The translations under genes were made by a program, and so were the position numbers. DNA of 64,000 nucleotides from a virus, in the IMG/VR virus record IMGVR_UViG_3300021131_000003, positions 1-64,000 of that record; one strand, 5' to 3'. The notes under the pieces were generated by a model. It was not told the DNA's origin. It ran no database searches and saw only the letters and a program-made list of their open reading frames with translations. How positions within the stretch are numbered: the stretch's first letter is position 1; each line of letters opens with the position of its first letter. Of the stretch, positions 1-8,943 are shown piece by piece.

Positions 1-79
1 CCCACCAAGCGTGATAATGAGTGTTGCACATACCACGGGCTCTTACACGAGTTGTGCAGCCTTCAACGTTACAAGTCAT
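1..79 (-). CDS. N-terminal fragment of Zn-finger protein, typical of phage HNH endonuclease N-termini (runs off window)
   Basis: Manual translation MTCNVEGCTTRVRARGMCNTHYHAWW: CxxxGC...ARGxCxxHY motif; ATGA overlap with the upstream gene. Confidence 0.6.
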   Translation of the reverse strand, partial: MTCNVEGCTTRVRARGMCNTHYHAWW

Positions 80-297
80 GGTTTATCCAATGGGGTGGGG
101 GCTTTTGCGTAAGTCCCGCAGATGGCGCACTCCATGTCTATAAAGTATTGAGACAGCTCGTAATCCTGGAAGGCGGCTTTTACTAGCCAGATGCTACTCT
201 CACAGTGTGGGCATTCGTGGCATATCTCGTCCACGTAGTCCATCGTGCCTGAGTAATCAGGCTTCAGCTGGCGTATCGACTTTGGGTTTAAGCTCAT
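76..297 (-). CDS. Small zinc-ribbon protein
   Basis: CPHC and CAIC pairs. Confidence 0.65.
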   Translation of the reverse strand: MSLNPKSIRQLKPDYSGTMDYVDEICHECPHCESSIWLVKAAFQDYELSQYFIDMECAICGTYAKAPTPLDKP

Positions 298-499
298 CGA
301 TTAACTTACGGTTTAGTGCCATCTGAGCCTCAATCTCAGTACGCTCTTCTTCGGATAGCTTGTCCTTATTAGCCTCGTACATCTGTACTCCAGCCTCAAA
401 GTTCTGCTCAAACATTGCAAGGTTCTGCGATAGGCGGGCTGCTACAAATATCCGTGCCTCTTCTTTACGGCGAGCGCGCTTATCCTGTGTTTTACTCAC
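257..499 (-). CDS. Hypothetical coiled-coil protein
   Basis: ORF 257..523; GTG at 499 with GGAG upstream is the likelier start. Confidence 0.6.
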   Translation of the reverse strand: MSKTQDKRARRKEEARIFVAARLSQNLAMFEQNFEAGVQMYEANKDKLSEEERTEIEAQMALNRKLIDELKPKVDTPAEA

Positions 500-707
500 T
501 TGGTTGTGCTCCAAAGTCTGCAATTACTCTATACGCAATCTCTGTATAAATGGCTACGTTAGTTGCTAAGTCTTCTGGATGAAAAAGCTGCATGTCTCGA
601 TTACCCCAGTTGCTACGTAAGTAATCGCGCAGTCCTGGAACAAAACGTTCGATAAACTCATCCGCAGTCATATAGCCACGAGCTCTTAGCTCTTCTCGAG
701 TAGGCAT
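492..707 (-). CDS. Hypothetical protein
   Basis: ORF 492..740; likely start MPTREEL just after the FmdB-like gene stop. Confidence 0.6.
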   Translation of the reverse strand: MPTREELRARGYMTADEFIERFVPGLRDYLRSNWGNRDMQLFHPEDLATNVAIYTEIAYRVIADFGAQPSE

Positions 708-717
708 CTTAAACTCT

Positions 718-888
718 TTATCCTTGGCCACCCCAGCCACCTCCTTTAAAATGAATTGCTGGTGGAGTAAAAACCTTAGTCATGAAGTTACCGCAAAGCT
801 CGCAGATAGGGCGGTCTGTTGCGTTATGCACCATATGAATCTCAACAGTGCGGTCGCACTGAGTGCATACAAAATCGTAGTTTGGCAT
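718..888 (-). CDS. FmdB-family (CxxC_CxxC) zinc-ribbon protein, 56 aa, absent from ORF track
   Basis: MPNYDFVCTQC...PICELCG...KVFTPPAIHFKGGGW matches the MPxYxyxCxxC...CxxCG...FKGxGW family pattern. Confidence 0.85.
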   Translation of the reverse strand: MPNYDFVCTQCDRTVEIHMVHNATDRPICELCGNFMTKVFTPPAIHFKGGGWGGQG

Positions 889-890
889 TT

Positions 891-1430
891 TTACCTTTCC
901 CTGAACTTCGGGTCCTGAAGCTTATCATAAACCTCTTTTTCGTAAGCTAGCTCATGCGTACCCGACACGAGCCGTGCCAATGCAAAGGAGTCAGCTGCGT
1001 TATCGTCGCTGAACTCCGCATCCCATTTCTTATATACGTGCATAAGCATCTGACTCTTAGATATGCCGTTGCCCTTGCCAGTAACGTACTTCTTTAGATT
1101 AGTGGGTGGGACTATAAGTGGGTATATGCCGAACTCCAGCAGGGTCAGCTTTACCATTCCGCCTAACTCCCCGAGCATATTAGCCATCTGGGAACCAAAG
1201 GCGTAGCCTTCCATGGCTACATCTTCTATATTGTCAAACTCATGGAGCCAGTTCATAATGTGGCTCTGGATATCGCGTAAACGGTCAATCCCGCGCTTAT
1301 CTGACTTGTAAACCTCTGTGTAGTAGTTGTTATCGTCTACATAAGCGGTTATAGCAAATCCACTATATGACTGGTCTATGCCAAGGAATACTGGCTGTTC
1401 AGCAACGAGGCCTTTGTTGAAGACCTTCAT
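891..1430 (-). CDS. ruvC: RuvC-like Holliday junction resolvase
   Basis: LGIDQS, AMEGY, LKKYVTGKGN, DNAADS RNase H-fold catalytic pattern. Confidence 0.85.
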   Translation of the reverse strand: MKVFNKGLVAEQPVFLGIDQSYSGFAITAYVDDNNYYTEVYKSDKRGIDRLRDIQSHIMNWLHEFDNIEDVAMEGYAFGSQMANMLGELGGMVKLTLLEFGIYPLIVPPTNLKKYVTGKGNGISKSQMLMHVYKKWDAEFSDDNAADSFALARLVSGTHELAYEKEVYDKLQDPKFRER

Positions 1431-1924
1431 GTTGTAACCCAGCTAGACCTTCCAATGGATTTATTGATATTAACGCGACGAGTAATCTCTCGGTTAATAA
1501 ATGAAATGTCTTTAGATAGGCGGTCAGAAATCATAAGTACAAGGCTGTGGTAGTTAGATAGTTCTAAGAACTTGTCTGCAAGCTCTCGGTACTCAACATC
1601 AACCTCAATCTCTGAGTCAATGAGGGCTACTGCCTTTCCAGCAGCCTTCATCGTTAATTTTTTTCGGGCCCTATCTAGATTCATGTCCTTCTCTGCCTCT
1701 GACTTGTCAGTCAGCGCGCACCATACCTGTAGATTAATGAACTCTAAGTACGCCACATACTTTGCGTAAAGGTCCATGAGGTCTTCGTCTGTTAACCCTG
1801 TGACATCTTTTGGTAAGGCTGGTGGGTCATACTCATAGGCTTCATTAACTGATAGGCCTTGACTCTTTAACTTTGCTAAAGCTCGTTCACTTGCATCAGA
1901 CTTCTGTAATTCAATCGGACTCAT
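1427..1924 (-). CDS. Hypothetical helical protein, possibly a recombination mediator
   Basis: 165-aa helical ORF coupled between two nucleases; function inferred from context only. Confidence 0.5.
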   Translation of the reverse strand: MSPIELQKSDASERALAKLKSQGLSVNEAYEYDPPALPKDVTGLTDEDLMDLYAKYVAYLEFINLQVWCALTDKSEAEKDMNLDRARKKLTMKAAGKAVALIDSEIEVDVEYRELADKFLELSNYHSLVLMISDRLSKDISFINREITRRVNINKSIGRSSWVTT

Positions 1925-2769
1925 TCCATATCCTTACACTTGGCGCAACCATTGACAGCTATATTACACGCAGGTGGTGTTTGATTCTTAATCGAGTCTA
2001 CAATCATCTGCGCTGCATCAAACAGCTCTGTAATACCAAAGTCAGACTTGTGTACTACAAACTCTTTAACCTTTTGGTTAGGCTTGGCTTCATAAATTAG
2101 AACGGCTTCCTGTGGTACATCCTCGTAACCAAGCAGTTCAGCCAGCTTCATATAAATCTGCACCTGTGTGATGTGCTTTTGGAATGGTGCATTTAGATTA
2201 GACCACGCCTTATCAAAGTCGTTGTCATACTCCATCAATAACTCTGGGGCTTCCCATCGGAGTGTGCCCATGCCAACAGACTTAATCTCTAGCATTAGTG
2301 GCCCACCTAAACCAACTAACCAACCATCGGCGTGACCTGATATGCGCAGTGGTTCATAGAATAATGGCACTTCTCTGTACTGTAGCGGCCCATCGTGGCA
2401 GTCTGACCCGCCCCAAAATACTTCTTCGCACTCAATGCAATACCACTTGCCGTAAAGCACGTTCATCTGTTGAAACCACTTTTGCCACTTTGCGTGAATC
2501 ATGTGGCCCTCTTCAAACACTGACTGCATAGTCAGACTGTTCTTACGTGACTCTGGGTTTGGGGTAGTACCTTGCAGCTGGAAGTATGATGCTCTATAGC
2601 ACCAATCACCACTAGCCATCTCTGATGGGTGAAGTACATCTGTGCGTCGTGACATATCACGTGGCTTTGATAGTAGGAAACGTTCTACCGAACCTAATAC
2701 TCGTGTGTTTTTCTTTCCCACTTCAACAAAACTCTTTAATGCCCCGCTTAGTTTGTACTTCGTAGTCAT
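1921..2769 (-). CDS. Cas4/RecB-like PD-(D/E)xK exonuclease
   Basis: HADG...LEIKS, QVQIY, N-terminal Cys plus C-terminal C-x6-C-x2-C (Fe-S ligand pattern). Confidence 0.8.
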   Translation of the reverse strand: MTTKYKLSGALKSFVEVGKKNTRVLGSVERFLLSKPRDMSRRTDVLHPSEMASGDWCYRASYFQLQGTTPNPESRKNSLTMQSVFEEGHMIHAKWQKWFQQMNVLYGKWYCIECEEVFWGGSDCHDGPLQYREVPLFYEPLRISGHADGWLVGLGGPLMLEIKSVGMGTLRWEAPELLMEYDNDFDKAWSNLNAPFQKHITQVQIYMKLAELLGYEDVPQEAVLIYEAKPNQKVKEFVVHKSDFGITELFDAAQMIVDSIKNQTPPACNIAVNGCAKCKDME

Positions 2770-2784
2770 GGCGGAAACCTATCA
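2770..2784 (-). promoter_or_regulatory. Extended -10 promoter for leaderless mRNA
   Basis: TGa-TAGGTT, 6 nt, then ATG; no SD. Confidence 0.5.
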
Positions 2785-3099
2785 TGACTTACGAGTATTA
2801 ATCCATTCCTCAAGCGATATGCCTACACGGGCTGCTTTGCGCTTTAATGAGTTACGTTCACGGTGGCTCATGCCACCCCAGATACCATGCTGTTCATCCA
2901 TGTTCTCCGCGTAGAGTAGACACTCTTTACGCACAGGGCATTCCGCCAGACCATCTTTACCGTAGCACACGGCTTTAGATATCTGCGCTATTGCTTGGTA
3001 TTTATCTTTATCTCTTGGTGGGTACCAGAGTTCGGTATCCATTCCTCGACACTTTGCTCGGTGTCGCCATCCCTCGTTATGTCCGAGGTCTTCGTACAT
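2782..3099 (-). CDS. whiB: WhiB-family Fe-S transcription factor (atypical Cys spacing)
   Basis: W-x3-AKC, four Cys, GIWGG, ER followed by basic tail. Confidence 0.9.
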   Translation of the reverse strand: MYEDLGHNEGWRHRAKCRGMDTELWYPPRDKDKYQAIAQISKAVCYGKDGLAECPVRKECLLYAENMDEQHGIWGGMSHRERNSLKRKAARVGISLEEWINTRKS

Positions 3100-3416
3100 G
3101 TATGCTCCTGAAGAGTTTGGCGCAGCTCCAGGAAATCATCTTCAGTTAACATAACGTAGTTCTCGTTATTCAAACTAAATCCGAGGACAGGTGTCCGACC
3201 ATCAAGAATTGCTTCTTTGACAATCTTTTCCAGAACCGCAGCTTTGACGGTAAAGGAGGCTTTGCCTGTCCACTTATGTTCTATCAGAAGGTCGGTGGAC
3301 CGAACATCGCCTTTACGACTCCAGAAAGCTCCGCTTCCAGCACTACGCTGTCCGCCAATCTTCTTTGCGAGTCGGTCCTCATGCTTTTTAGACTCCCGTT
3401 GGCCCTTACTCTTCAT
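2988..3416 (-). CDS. Hjc-like PD-(D/E)xK nuclease / Holliday junction resolvase
   Basis: E...SGSGA...KGD...LIEHK pattern. Confidence 0.7.
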   Translation of the reverse strand: MKSKGQRESKKHEDRLAKKIGGQRSAGSGAFWSRKGDVRSTDLLIEHKWTGKASFTVKAAVLEKIVKEAILDGRTPVLGFSLNNENYVMLTEDDFLELRQTLQEHTCTKTSDITRDGDTEQSVEEWIPNSGTHQEIKINTKQ

Positions 3417-4452
3417 ATACGAACTTTGACCCAGCTTTAATTGAGTCCAGCACGTCCCGTTCTAAGGCTTCCTTTAAGTCTATCTCTTCCCGTATGGAGT
3501 TAAGCATAGCATCACTGCCCTGCCACTGACGTTCGGCATACCGATAGTAGGCACCCGCCCTAGTGATTACCTTATTGGTAATACCTATTGCGAGGATTTC
3601 TTTTGCAAAGTCAAAAGAGCCAGCTGGTAAATCGCCTCCTCCTGAGAAGTAGAAATCAACCGTGGCTGTCGTGGATGGGGGAGCAGATTTGTTTTTAAGT
3701 ATTCTGACCTTAATGCTTTGTCCAACTCTTTTCTTTTCTTGTCCAACTCCCGCCTCAATCCACTCATCACGGCGTACCTCCATGCGAGTAAAAAAGGCGT
3801 AATCCTTGCCCAGTCCACCTGGCGTGGTTCTTGGGTCTCCATACATTACTCCAATCTTTGAGCGCCACTGATTAATAATGATGCCTATGAATGGGCGCTC
3901 TGCCTCAGTCAAGGACCGCTTGGATGCCTTGCCTACCTTACGGAAGAACTTGTTCGTTAGAAGCGCTGAACGTCCTACGGTTGATTCTTCCATTTCTTTC
4001 TCATCCTCTGAGCTTGGTACCAGAGCAGGGAGTGAGTCAATAACAACGCAATCAATAGCTTTGCTTTCGGTGATTTGAATAACCGCTTCATACGCTTCCT
4101 CCATGATGTTTGTATTAATAACAAATACTCTAGAGGTGTCTACGCCCAGCATCTCTGCATACTTGGGAACCCATTGCTCGGCAGCAACCCATACTGTAGT
4201 GAACTCTGGGTCTTTCTCTTGGTTGGCTGCAATGGTCTTTAATGCAAGCGCGGTCTTACCGTTGCTTGCTTCTCCAATAATCTCATGCCACTGGTTAACG
4301 GGCCAACCGCCGCCTAGGGCTACGTCAATAGCCACTGAGCCTGTAGTTAACCTATCTAGTAGGTCCTCACGAATATCAGAACCAAGAACAATTGTGCCTT
4401 CGCCCATGCTCTTGTTTAAATCTTTGATGACCTTTGCTAGGTCTGCGGTCAT
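3406..4452 (-). CDS. recA: RecA-family recombinase
   Basis: TGSVAIDVALGGG, Walker A GEASNGKT, VIDS, INQWR, TTPGG, KNK. Confidence 0.93.
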   Translation of the reverse strand: MTADLAKVIKDLNKSMGEGTIVLGSDIREDLLDRLTTGSVAIDVALGGGWPVNQWHEIIGEASNGKTALALKTIAANQEKDPEFTTVWVAAEQWVPKYAEMLGVDTSRVFVINTNIMEEAYEAVIQITESKAIDCVVIDSLPALVPSSEDEKEMEESTVGRSALLTNKFFRKVGKASKRSLTEAERPFIGIIINQWRSKIGVMYGDPRTTPGGLGKDYAFFTRMEVRRDEWIEAGVGQEKKRVGQSIKVRILKNKSAPPSTTATVDFYFSGGGDLPAGSFDFAKEILAIGITNKVITRAGAYYRYAERQWQGSDAMLNSIREEIDLKEALERDVLDSIKAGSKFVYEE

Positions 4453-4453
4453 G

Positions 4454-4837
4454 TTAGCCAACGAATCCTCCATCTGGTCCGATTACTGGCTTGGTTCCGT
4501 TGAACCCACCAGTTGGTACTTGATATGTTGGAACAGCAGGGGCTCCACCACCACCTTGCCCTACAACACCTTTGCCTAATCCGCTAGCTGACTGCTGAAT
4601 TGGGTAACCGCAATCATAACAACGCTTCTTATAACCATCAGCTCCTCCGTAGTTCTCACTACGGCAGCTTGGGCATTTGTCAGCCTGCGGTGTTGCTTGC
4701 TGGCTAGGTGGATACTGTGGCTGCTGTGGTTGTACATAGGTGGCTGGCTGTGGTGCAACATATTGTGGTGTTGCTGGTTGAGGTGCTTGTGGTTGTACGC
4801 CTAACTTTTTAGCAAACCAATCTGCATTACTCATCAT
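4454..4837 (-). CDS. Pro/Gln-rich zinc-ribbon protein
   Basis: PQ-rich N-half, CPSC...CYDC. Confidence 0.65.
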   Translation of the reverse strand: MMSNADWFAKKLGVQPQAPQPATPQYVAPQPATYVQPQQPQYPPSQQATPQADKCPSCRSENYGGADGYKKRCYDCGYPIQQSASGLGKGVVGQGGGGAPAVPTYQVPTGGFNGTKPVIGPDGGFVG

Positions 4838-5288
4838 CTATCTCCATCTCTAACTCCCCTGAGTTTAACAGGGTTGGGTGAATAATATCTAAATGCGTGG
4901 CTATAGATAGGAAGCCTATAAGCGTAGACATAGCCACGGCTTTATAAATAGTTCCAGCTGCATCTAACTCATCTTCGGTTAACTCATCATCATGCTCTTC
5001 GGCTTTTAGCTTCTGCATAGCAAGCATAGTGTTAACGCTAAAGTCAGATATCGTATCCATAAACGGAAACATGGTGATGATATCCGCTAAACGATTATCA
5101 CTATCTTCTTGCTCTTTATCTTCGCCCTCTTCGCTAACCTTATTAAGACCTAGCTCTTCTACTAAAGTGTTTGGTTCAGCTAAACGGGTATCGTAGAGGT
5201 ACCACCGCAGTAGGGTACTCATTGGTACTTCATTTGAGACAATCTCAAACTCGGGTTCTCTGTTGAATAACTTCTTGAACCATTTCAC
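4827..5288 (-). CDS. Hypothetical protein
   Basis: ORF translationally coupled to polA. Confidence 0.6.
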   Translation of the reverse strand: MKWFKKLFNREPEFEIVSNEVPMSTLLRWYLYDTRLAEPNTLVEELGLNKVSEEGEDKEQEDSDNRLADIITMFPFMDTISDFSVNTMLAMQKLKAEEHDDELTEDELDAAGTIYKAVAMSTLIGFLSIATHLDIIHPTLLNSGELEMEIDDE

Positions 5289-7279
5289 TTAGCCTGTCCC
5301 CACTTATCTACTACTTTTATATCAGCTATAAGTGGGATAGGGAGTAATTTAATCTCTTCCATAGCCTCGCGAATGGCTTCTCTAGTTTGGTCAACCAATT
5401 CCTCTGGAGTTAGGGTTACTAGTTCATCGTGAACAGTAAGAATTAACCGAGCTTCCTTTGGTATTAGCTTGTGTGCTCGAATCATAGCAAGCTTAATGAT
5501 GTCAGCAGCTGACCCCTGAATACGCGTGTTGAACGCTTGCCTTTCAGCGCTGGCTCTATAACCAATCTGCTTAGAGGTTATCTCTGGTAGGTAACGCCTG
5601 CGCTTAAGTATGGTAGTCACATAACCTTTATTGCGTGACAACCCAATAACCTTAGCCTTGTACTTGCTAACCGCTGGAAACTTCTCACCAAAGCTTGTAA
5701 GTAAGTTCTTAGCCTCTGTGACTGTACAACCAATCTGTCTAGCAATCTTATCGGGACCTACTCCGTACATCATGGCTAGTACTAGGACCTTACCCGCTTT
5801 GCGGTCTACGCCCATAGTCTCACCAATGGTGGTATAGATGTCACCCTTGACGCCAGGCGTGTTGTAGGTACTCATAAGAATAGGGTCTTCCGACATAGCG
5901 GCTAGAACTCTAGGCTCAATCTGAGAATAGTCAGCTACGACTAGCTTGTAACCCTTAGGGGCTGCAAACAAGTTACGAATAGCCTTACCGTTGTCTTGGT
6001 CTTCTGGAAGCTTATCGTTAGGAGCTGGGATGTTCTGTAGGTTTGGATTACGGCTTGAGAAACGACCAGTCTCCGCACCCCATTGAACGAAGTCACCATA
6101 GATACGCCCGTTTACGAGCATGCTCTCTCGGGTCTCTGTCTTGGACTTGCCATTAACAGTCTTAGTTACTTCCCCGCCCAAGTAAGGAACTACATAGGTA
6201 GTCAACAACTTGTTTAGGTCAGCGTATTCAAGAAGGGCGCTAACTAACTCATCCTTCTCTCTGTAAGCTTCTAATGCCTCAGCAGATACTGAGTAGTCCT
6301 TGTAATCTAACTCGCTCTCGGGCTTGCTCTCGCCCTTGCCAGTAAGGATAGTTCCACGCAACCCTCGGCAGCCCTCTGCCTTAGGACCGTACAAGATGTA
6401 CTGCTTCTCGCTATTGGAGTTCAAGTTAAATACCTGACCAGCAATGCCATAAATCTTTTCCTTGACGGTTTCAATATCAACAACAAGTTTGTCGTAAAGA
6501 ATCTGTAGTTGGTTCATATCAATAGGAGCGCCAGTTAGTTTCATATCGCAGAGCACACGGAGCACATCCATCTCCAAGCTCATAACAGTCTCTACATCCG
6601 CGGCCGTTAACTTTGGCACTAGGGTTTTCCATAGTAAGAACGTGTATTTAGAATCTAAGTATGAGTACTTAGCAACCTCTTCAAAGGAGTACTCCTCTAC
6701 CTTATGACCTATGCCCTTTTCCATATGGTAGCCAAGCTCACGCTGTAAGCAGTCGTCTAGACCAAGTCTGCCAGCGTTCTTGTTATCATAAAGGAACGAA
6801 GCCATCAAAGTATCAAAGTAAGGACCTGATGGGATAACGCCGTCGTAATACTTTGCAACAGAACTAAGGTCAAACACTAGGTTGTGACCGATAGTTAAGA
6901 TGTCTTCATTAAACATCAAAGGCTTGATTGCCTTGAATACCTCTGCTGGAAACAACTGTGTTGGTGGTTCTGAGAATACCTTTGTGGCTTTCTTATCATC
7001 TCGTGAATAATCTAATTCGCGCGTAGGTAATCCAGCATCTACACGCTTTTGACCTTGACCAGTCAGTGGTCGGATTAACTCTATGAACTCACCGTTAGGG
7101 TGACCCATAGGAATAACATCTCCGCGACCATAGGTAGCAAAGCTAATCCAAAGCACTTCGTTTACGGCAGGTACACCTCGATGCGTACCAACGGTCTCTA
7201 CGTCAAAAGCAAATGCGTCTTGCTTTAGATAGTAGTCAACCATCTCTTGTAATTGTTCTTTTGTTGTAATGATATTCAT
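5285..7279 (-). CDS. polA: Family A DNA polymerase with 3'-5' exonuclease
   Basis: Exo DVET, GHNLVFD; TGRFSSRNPNLQNIP, DYSQIEPR, K-x7-YG, IQGSAAD, VHDE. Confidence 0.95.
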   Translation of the reverse strand: MNIITTKEQLQEMVDYYLKQDAFAFDVETVGTHRGVPAVNEVLWISFATYGRGDVIPMGHPNGEFIELIRPLTGQGQKRVDAGLPTRELDYSRDDKKATKVFSEPPTQLFPAEVFKAIKPLMFNEDILTIGHNLVFDLSSVAKYYDGVIPSGPYFDTLMASFLYDNKNAGRLGLDDCLQRELGYHMEKGIGHKVEEYSFEEVAKYSYLDSKYTFLLWKTLVPKLTAADVETVMSLEMDVLRVLCDMKLTGAPIDMNQLQILYDKLVVDIETVKEKIYGIAGQVFNLNSNSEKQYILYGPKAEGCRGLRGTILTGKGESKPESELDYKDYSVSAEALEAYREKDELVSALLEYADLNKLLTTYVVPYLGGEVTKTVNGKSKTETRESMLVNGRIYGDFVQWGAETGRFSSRNPNLQNIPAPNDKLPEDQDNGKAIRNLFAAPKGYKLVVADYSQIEPRVLAAMSEDPILMSTYNTPGVKGDIYTTIGETMGVDRKAGKVLVLAMMYGVGPDKIARQIGCTVTEAKNLLTSFGEKFPAVSKYKAKVIGLSRNKGYVTTILKRRRYLPEITSKQIGYRASAERQAFNTRIQGSAADIIKLAMIRAHKLIPKEARLILTVHDELVTLTPEELVDQTREAIREAMEEIKLLPIPLIADIKVVDKWGQAK

Positions 7280-7291
7280 GGTTCCCCCTAT

Positions 7292-7332
7292 GCTAAAGGG
7301 TCAGGCCAGGGGATACGGGCCTGACCCTTAGC
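7292..7332 (-). promoter_or_regulatory. Stable hairpin in the polA leader
   Basis: 12-bp perfect stem AAGGGTCAGGCC/GGCCTGACCCTT, 10-nt loop, no long U-tract. Confidence 0.6.
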
Positions 7333-7342
7333 GTCCTAGTTG

Positions 7343-8005
7343 TTAGAGAAGCGAAGCAGCTACTGCTTCTAGTTCTTCCCAAGTTGGCTCCTTGATAGCG
7401 GAGCGGTCAAATGGAACCATGCTTGCAATGGTCTTTTCCATCTCATCGATATCAGTAATGCCCCAGTCCTCTTGAAGGTCACGAGCCTTAACTGGATTAA
7501 GGTGGTAGACAGTGCTTTGCATCTTACCTGTACGACTGATTGCCCAGTAGTTCTTGGTCAAAGGACCAGCAGGTGAGAAGTGTGCAGCATGTAGGGATTT
7601 GTACAAACGTGGACTTGCAATAAGCATCTGACGCTGTGGTCCACCAGCAGCGCTTAGGTTAGCGATTGTAAATGCCTTCTTGTCTTCAGGCTTGCTACCT
7701 AGCTTTGTGCATAGTGGGTCGTTAGCGCCAAGGGAAACAAATGAACGCTTACCGCTTGTGATTTGAGATAGGAAGTGCTGCTTATAAACAGCAAATGGTC
7801 CGTTAGGGTCAAGGAACTTGATGATTGAAAACTCACCATCAACGAACTTGAACTCTTTTGGAAAGTCTCCACTAACTGTGGATTGTGCTGCGTCCCAGCC
7901 TTCTAGTACTACTGTAGAAGTAGCCTGTGCTGGACGGTCTTCAATTGCTGAGGATGCGAACTCATCGTTCTCAACTGCATACTCATCGGTTCTGTTTACT
8001 GCCAT
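7343..8005 (-). CDS. Single-stranded DNA-binding protein (gp32-like)
   Basis: Located directly before polA; IKFLD...YKQHF...DPLC pattern seen in actinophage SSBs. Confidence 0.6.
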   Translation of the reverse strand: MAVNRTDEYAVENDEFASSAIEDRPAQATSTVVLEGWDAAQSTVSGDFPKEFKFVDGEFSIIKFLDPNGPFAVYKQHFLSQITSGKRSFVSLGANDPLCTKLGSKPEDKKAFTIANLSAAGGPQRQMLIASPRLYKSLHAAHFSPAGPLTKNYWAISRTGKMQSTVYHLNPVKARDLQEDWGITDIDEMEKTIASMVPFDRSAIKEPTWEELEAVAASLL

Positions 8006-8025
8006 TTGTTTATCATCCTTTTATG

Positions 8026-8496
8026 TTAGTTTGCATTAGTTTCTTCTGCTCGGATGCTACTCCAAGCCTCGGCAATCTCATTGCTGAGCTGTCGGTGTAA
8101 AGACCATTCTATACGCTTTGTATGAAGAAGTCCAGCCGAGTCAAACAGTTTAATTACCGCTTCGACCATTGCACGGGAGTAAAGCCTACGCCCTTGATGG
8201 TCCTCCCCCTTTGAGTTCTTCTTAGCGGGAAGTCTATATGGTGAGGCTGGTAGGTAGCCTTCCTTTATCCATGTACGGATAGTAATAACTGGTCTACCAA
8301 GCGCACCTGCTAACGCGCCAATGGTAAACATCTCTACCTCTCTACCGTTAGGCAGAGTTTTCTTATAAGGTTTAATATCCCAAGCAGCATCTGGTTCTAC
8401 CTCTGGCGCTTTAATTACTTTTTCTTTGCGCTTGCGTTTGCTATTAGGGTAGTAAGCGTCGAGGTCTTCAAACAACTTATCAATATCATCGGTCAT
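8026..8496 (-). CDS. MerR-like HTH DNA-binding protein
   Basis: FTIGALAGALGRPVITIRTWIKEGYLP...GRRLYS. Confidence 0.75.
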   Translation of the reverse strand: MTDDIDKLFEDLDAYYPNSKRKRKEKVIKAPEVEPDAAWDIKPYKKTLPNGREVEMFTIGALAGALGRPVITIRTWIKEGYLPASPYRLPAKKNSKGEDHQGRRLYSRAMVEAVIKLFDSAGLLHTKRIEWSLHRQLSNEIAEAWSSIRAEETNAN

Positions 8497-8888
8497 TTGT
8501 TATCAACAATAAATGCGTAGCTAACCTTTGCTGGGAACATAGCGTCGATGTCCTCTTCAGTTAAATAGTTTTCATAAAAGGCTGACATGATGGCTGACTC
8601 ATCAATCATGGGGACCATCTTAATACACTGGTCCTTAATACCCTTCTTAGTAAGGATATCTTCCGCAACCTGCATGTCTAGGTTCTTAGATACACGGCGC
8701 TGGCGTGTCATAGATACTGTGCCAAAAGCATCGTTATCAACGGTCATTATTCTGTGACCGCGGTCGTCTGCTGGCTCTAAATCAACAGCCTCAATAAGGC
8801 GGTTCTTGATTTCATTTTGTCTGTCAGTTAATAGTTTTAACTGGTCTTTAAGCGCCAAGTATTGGCGTACGTCTTCTGCTACGTCCAT
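8493..8888 (-). CDS. Hypothetical protein (coiled-coil N-terminus)
   Basis: ORF with SD AGGGGA and an upstream promoter. Confidence 0.65.
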   Translation of the reverse strand: MDVAEDVRQYLALKDQLKLLTDRQNEIKNRLIEAVDLEPADDRGHRIMTVDNDAFGTVSMTRQRRVSKNLDMQVAEDILTKKGIKDQCIKMVPMIDESAIMSAFYENYLTEEDIDAMFPAKVSYAFIVDNK

Positions 8889-8914
8889 TGGTTATCCCCT
8901 TTGTTAGGGTCACC

Positions 8915-8943
8915 AAATTAGTACGCAGGAGGTTAGTTGTCAA
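8915..8943 (-). promoter_or_regulatory. Housekeeping-sigma promoter
   Basis: TTGACA-17 nt-TAATTT. Confidence 0.7.

Noticed and set aside
1921-2769. CRISPR-Cas system suggested by the Cas4-like gene
   Set aside because: No repeat-spacer array or other cas genes seen; context is recombination
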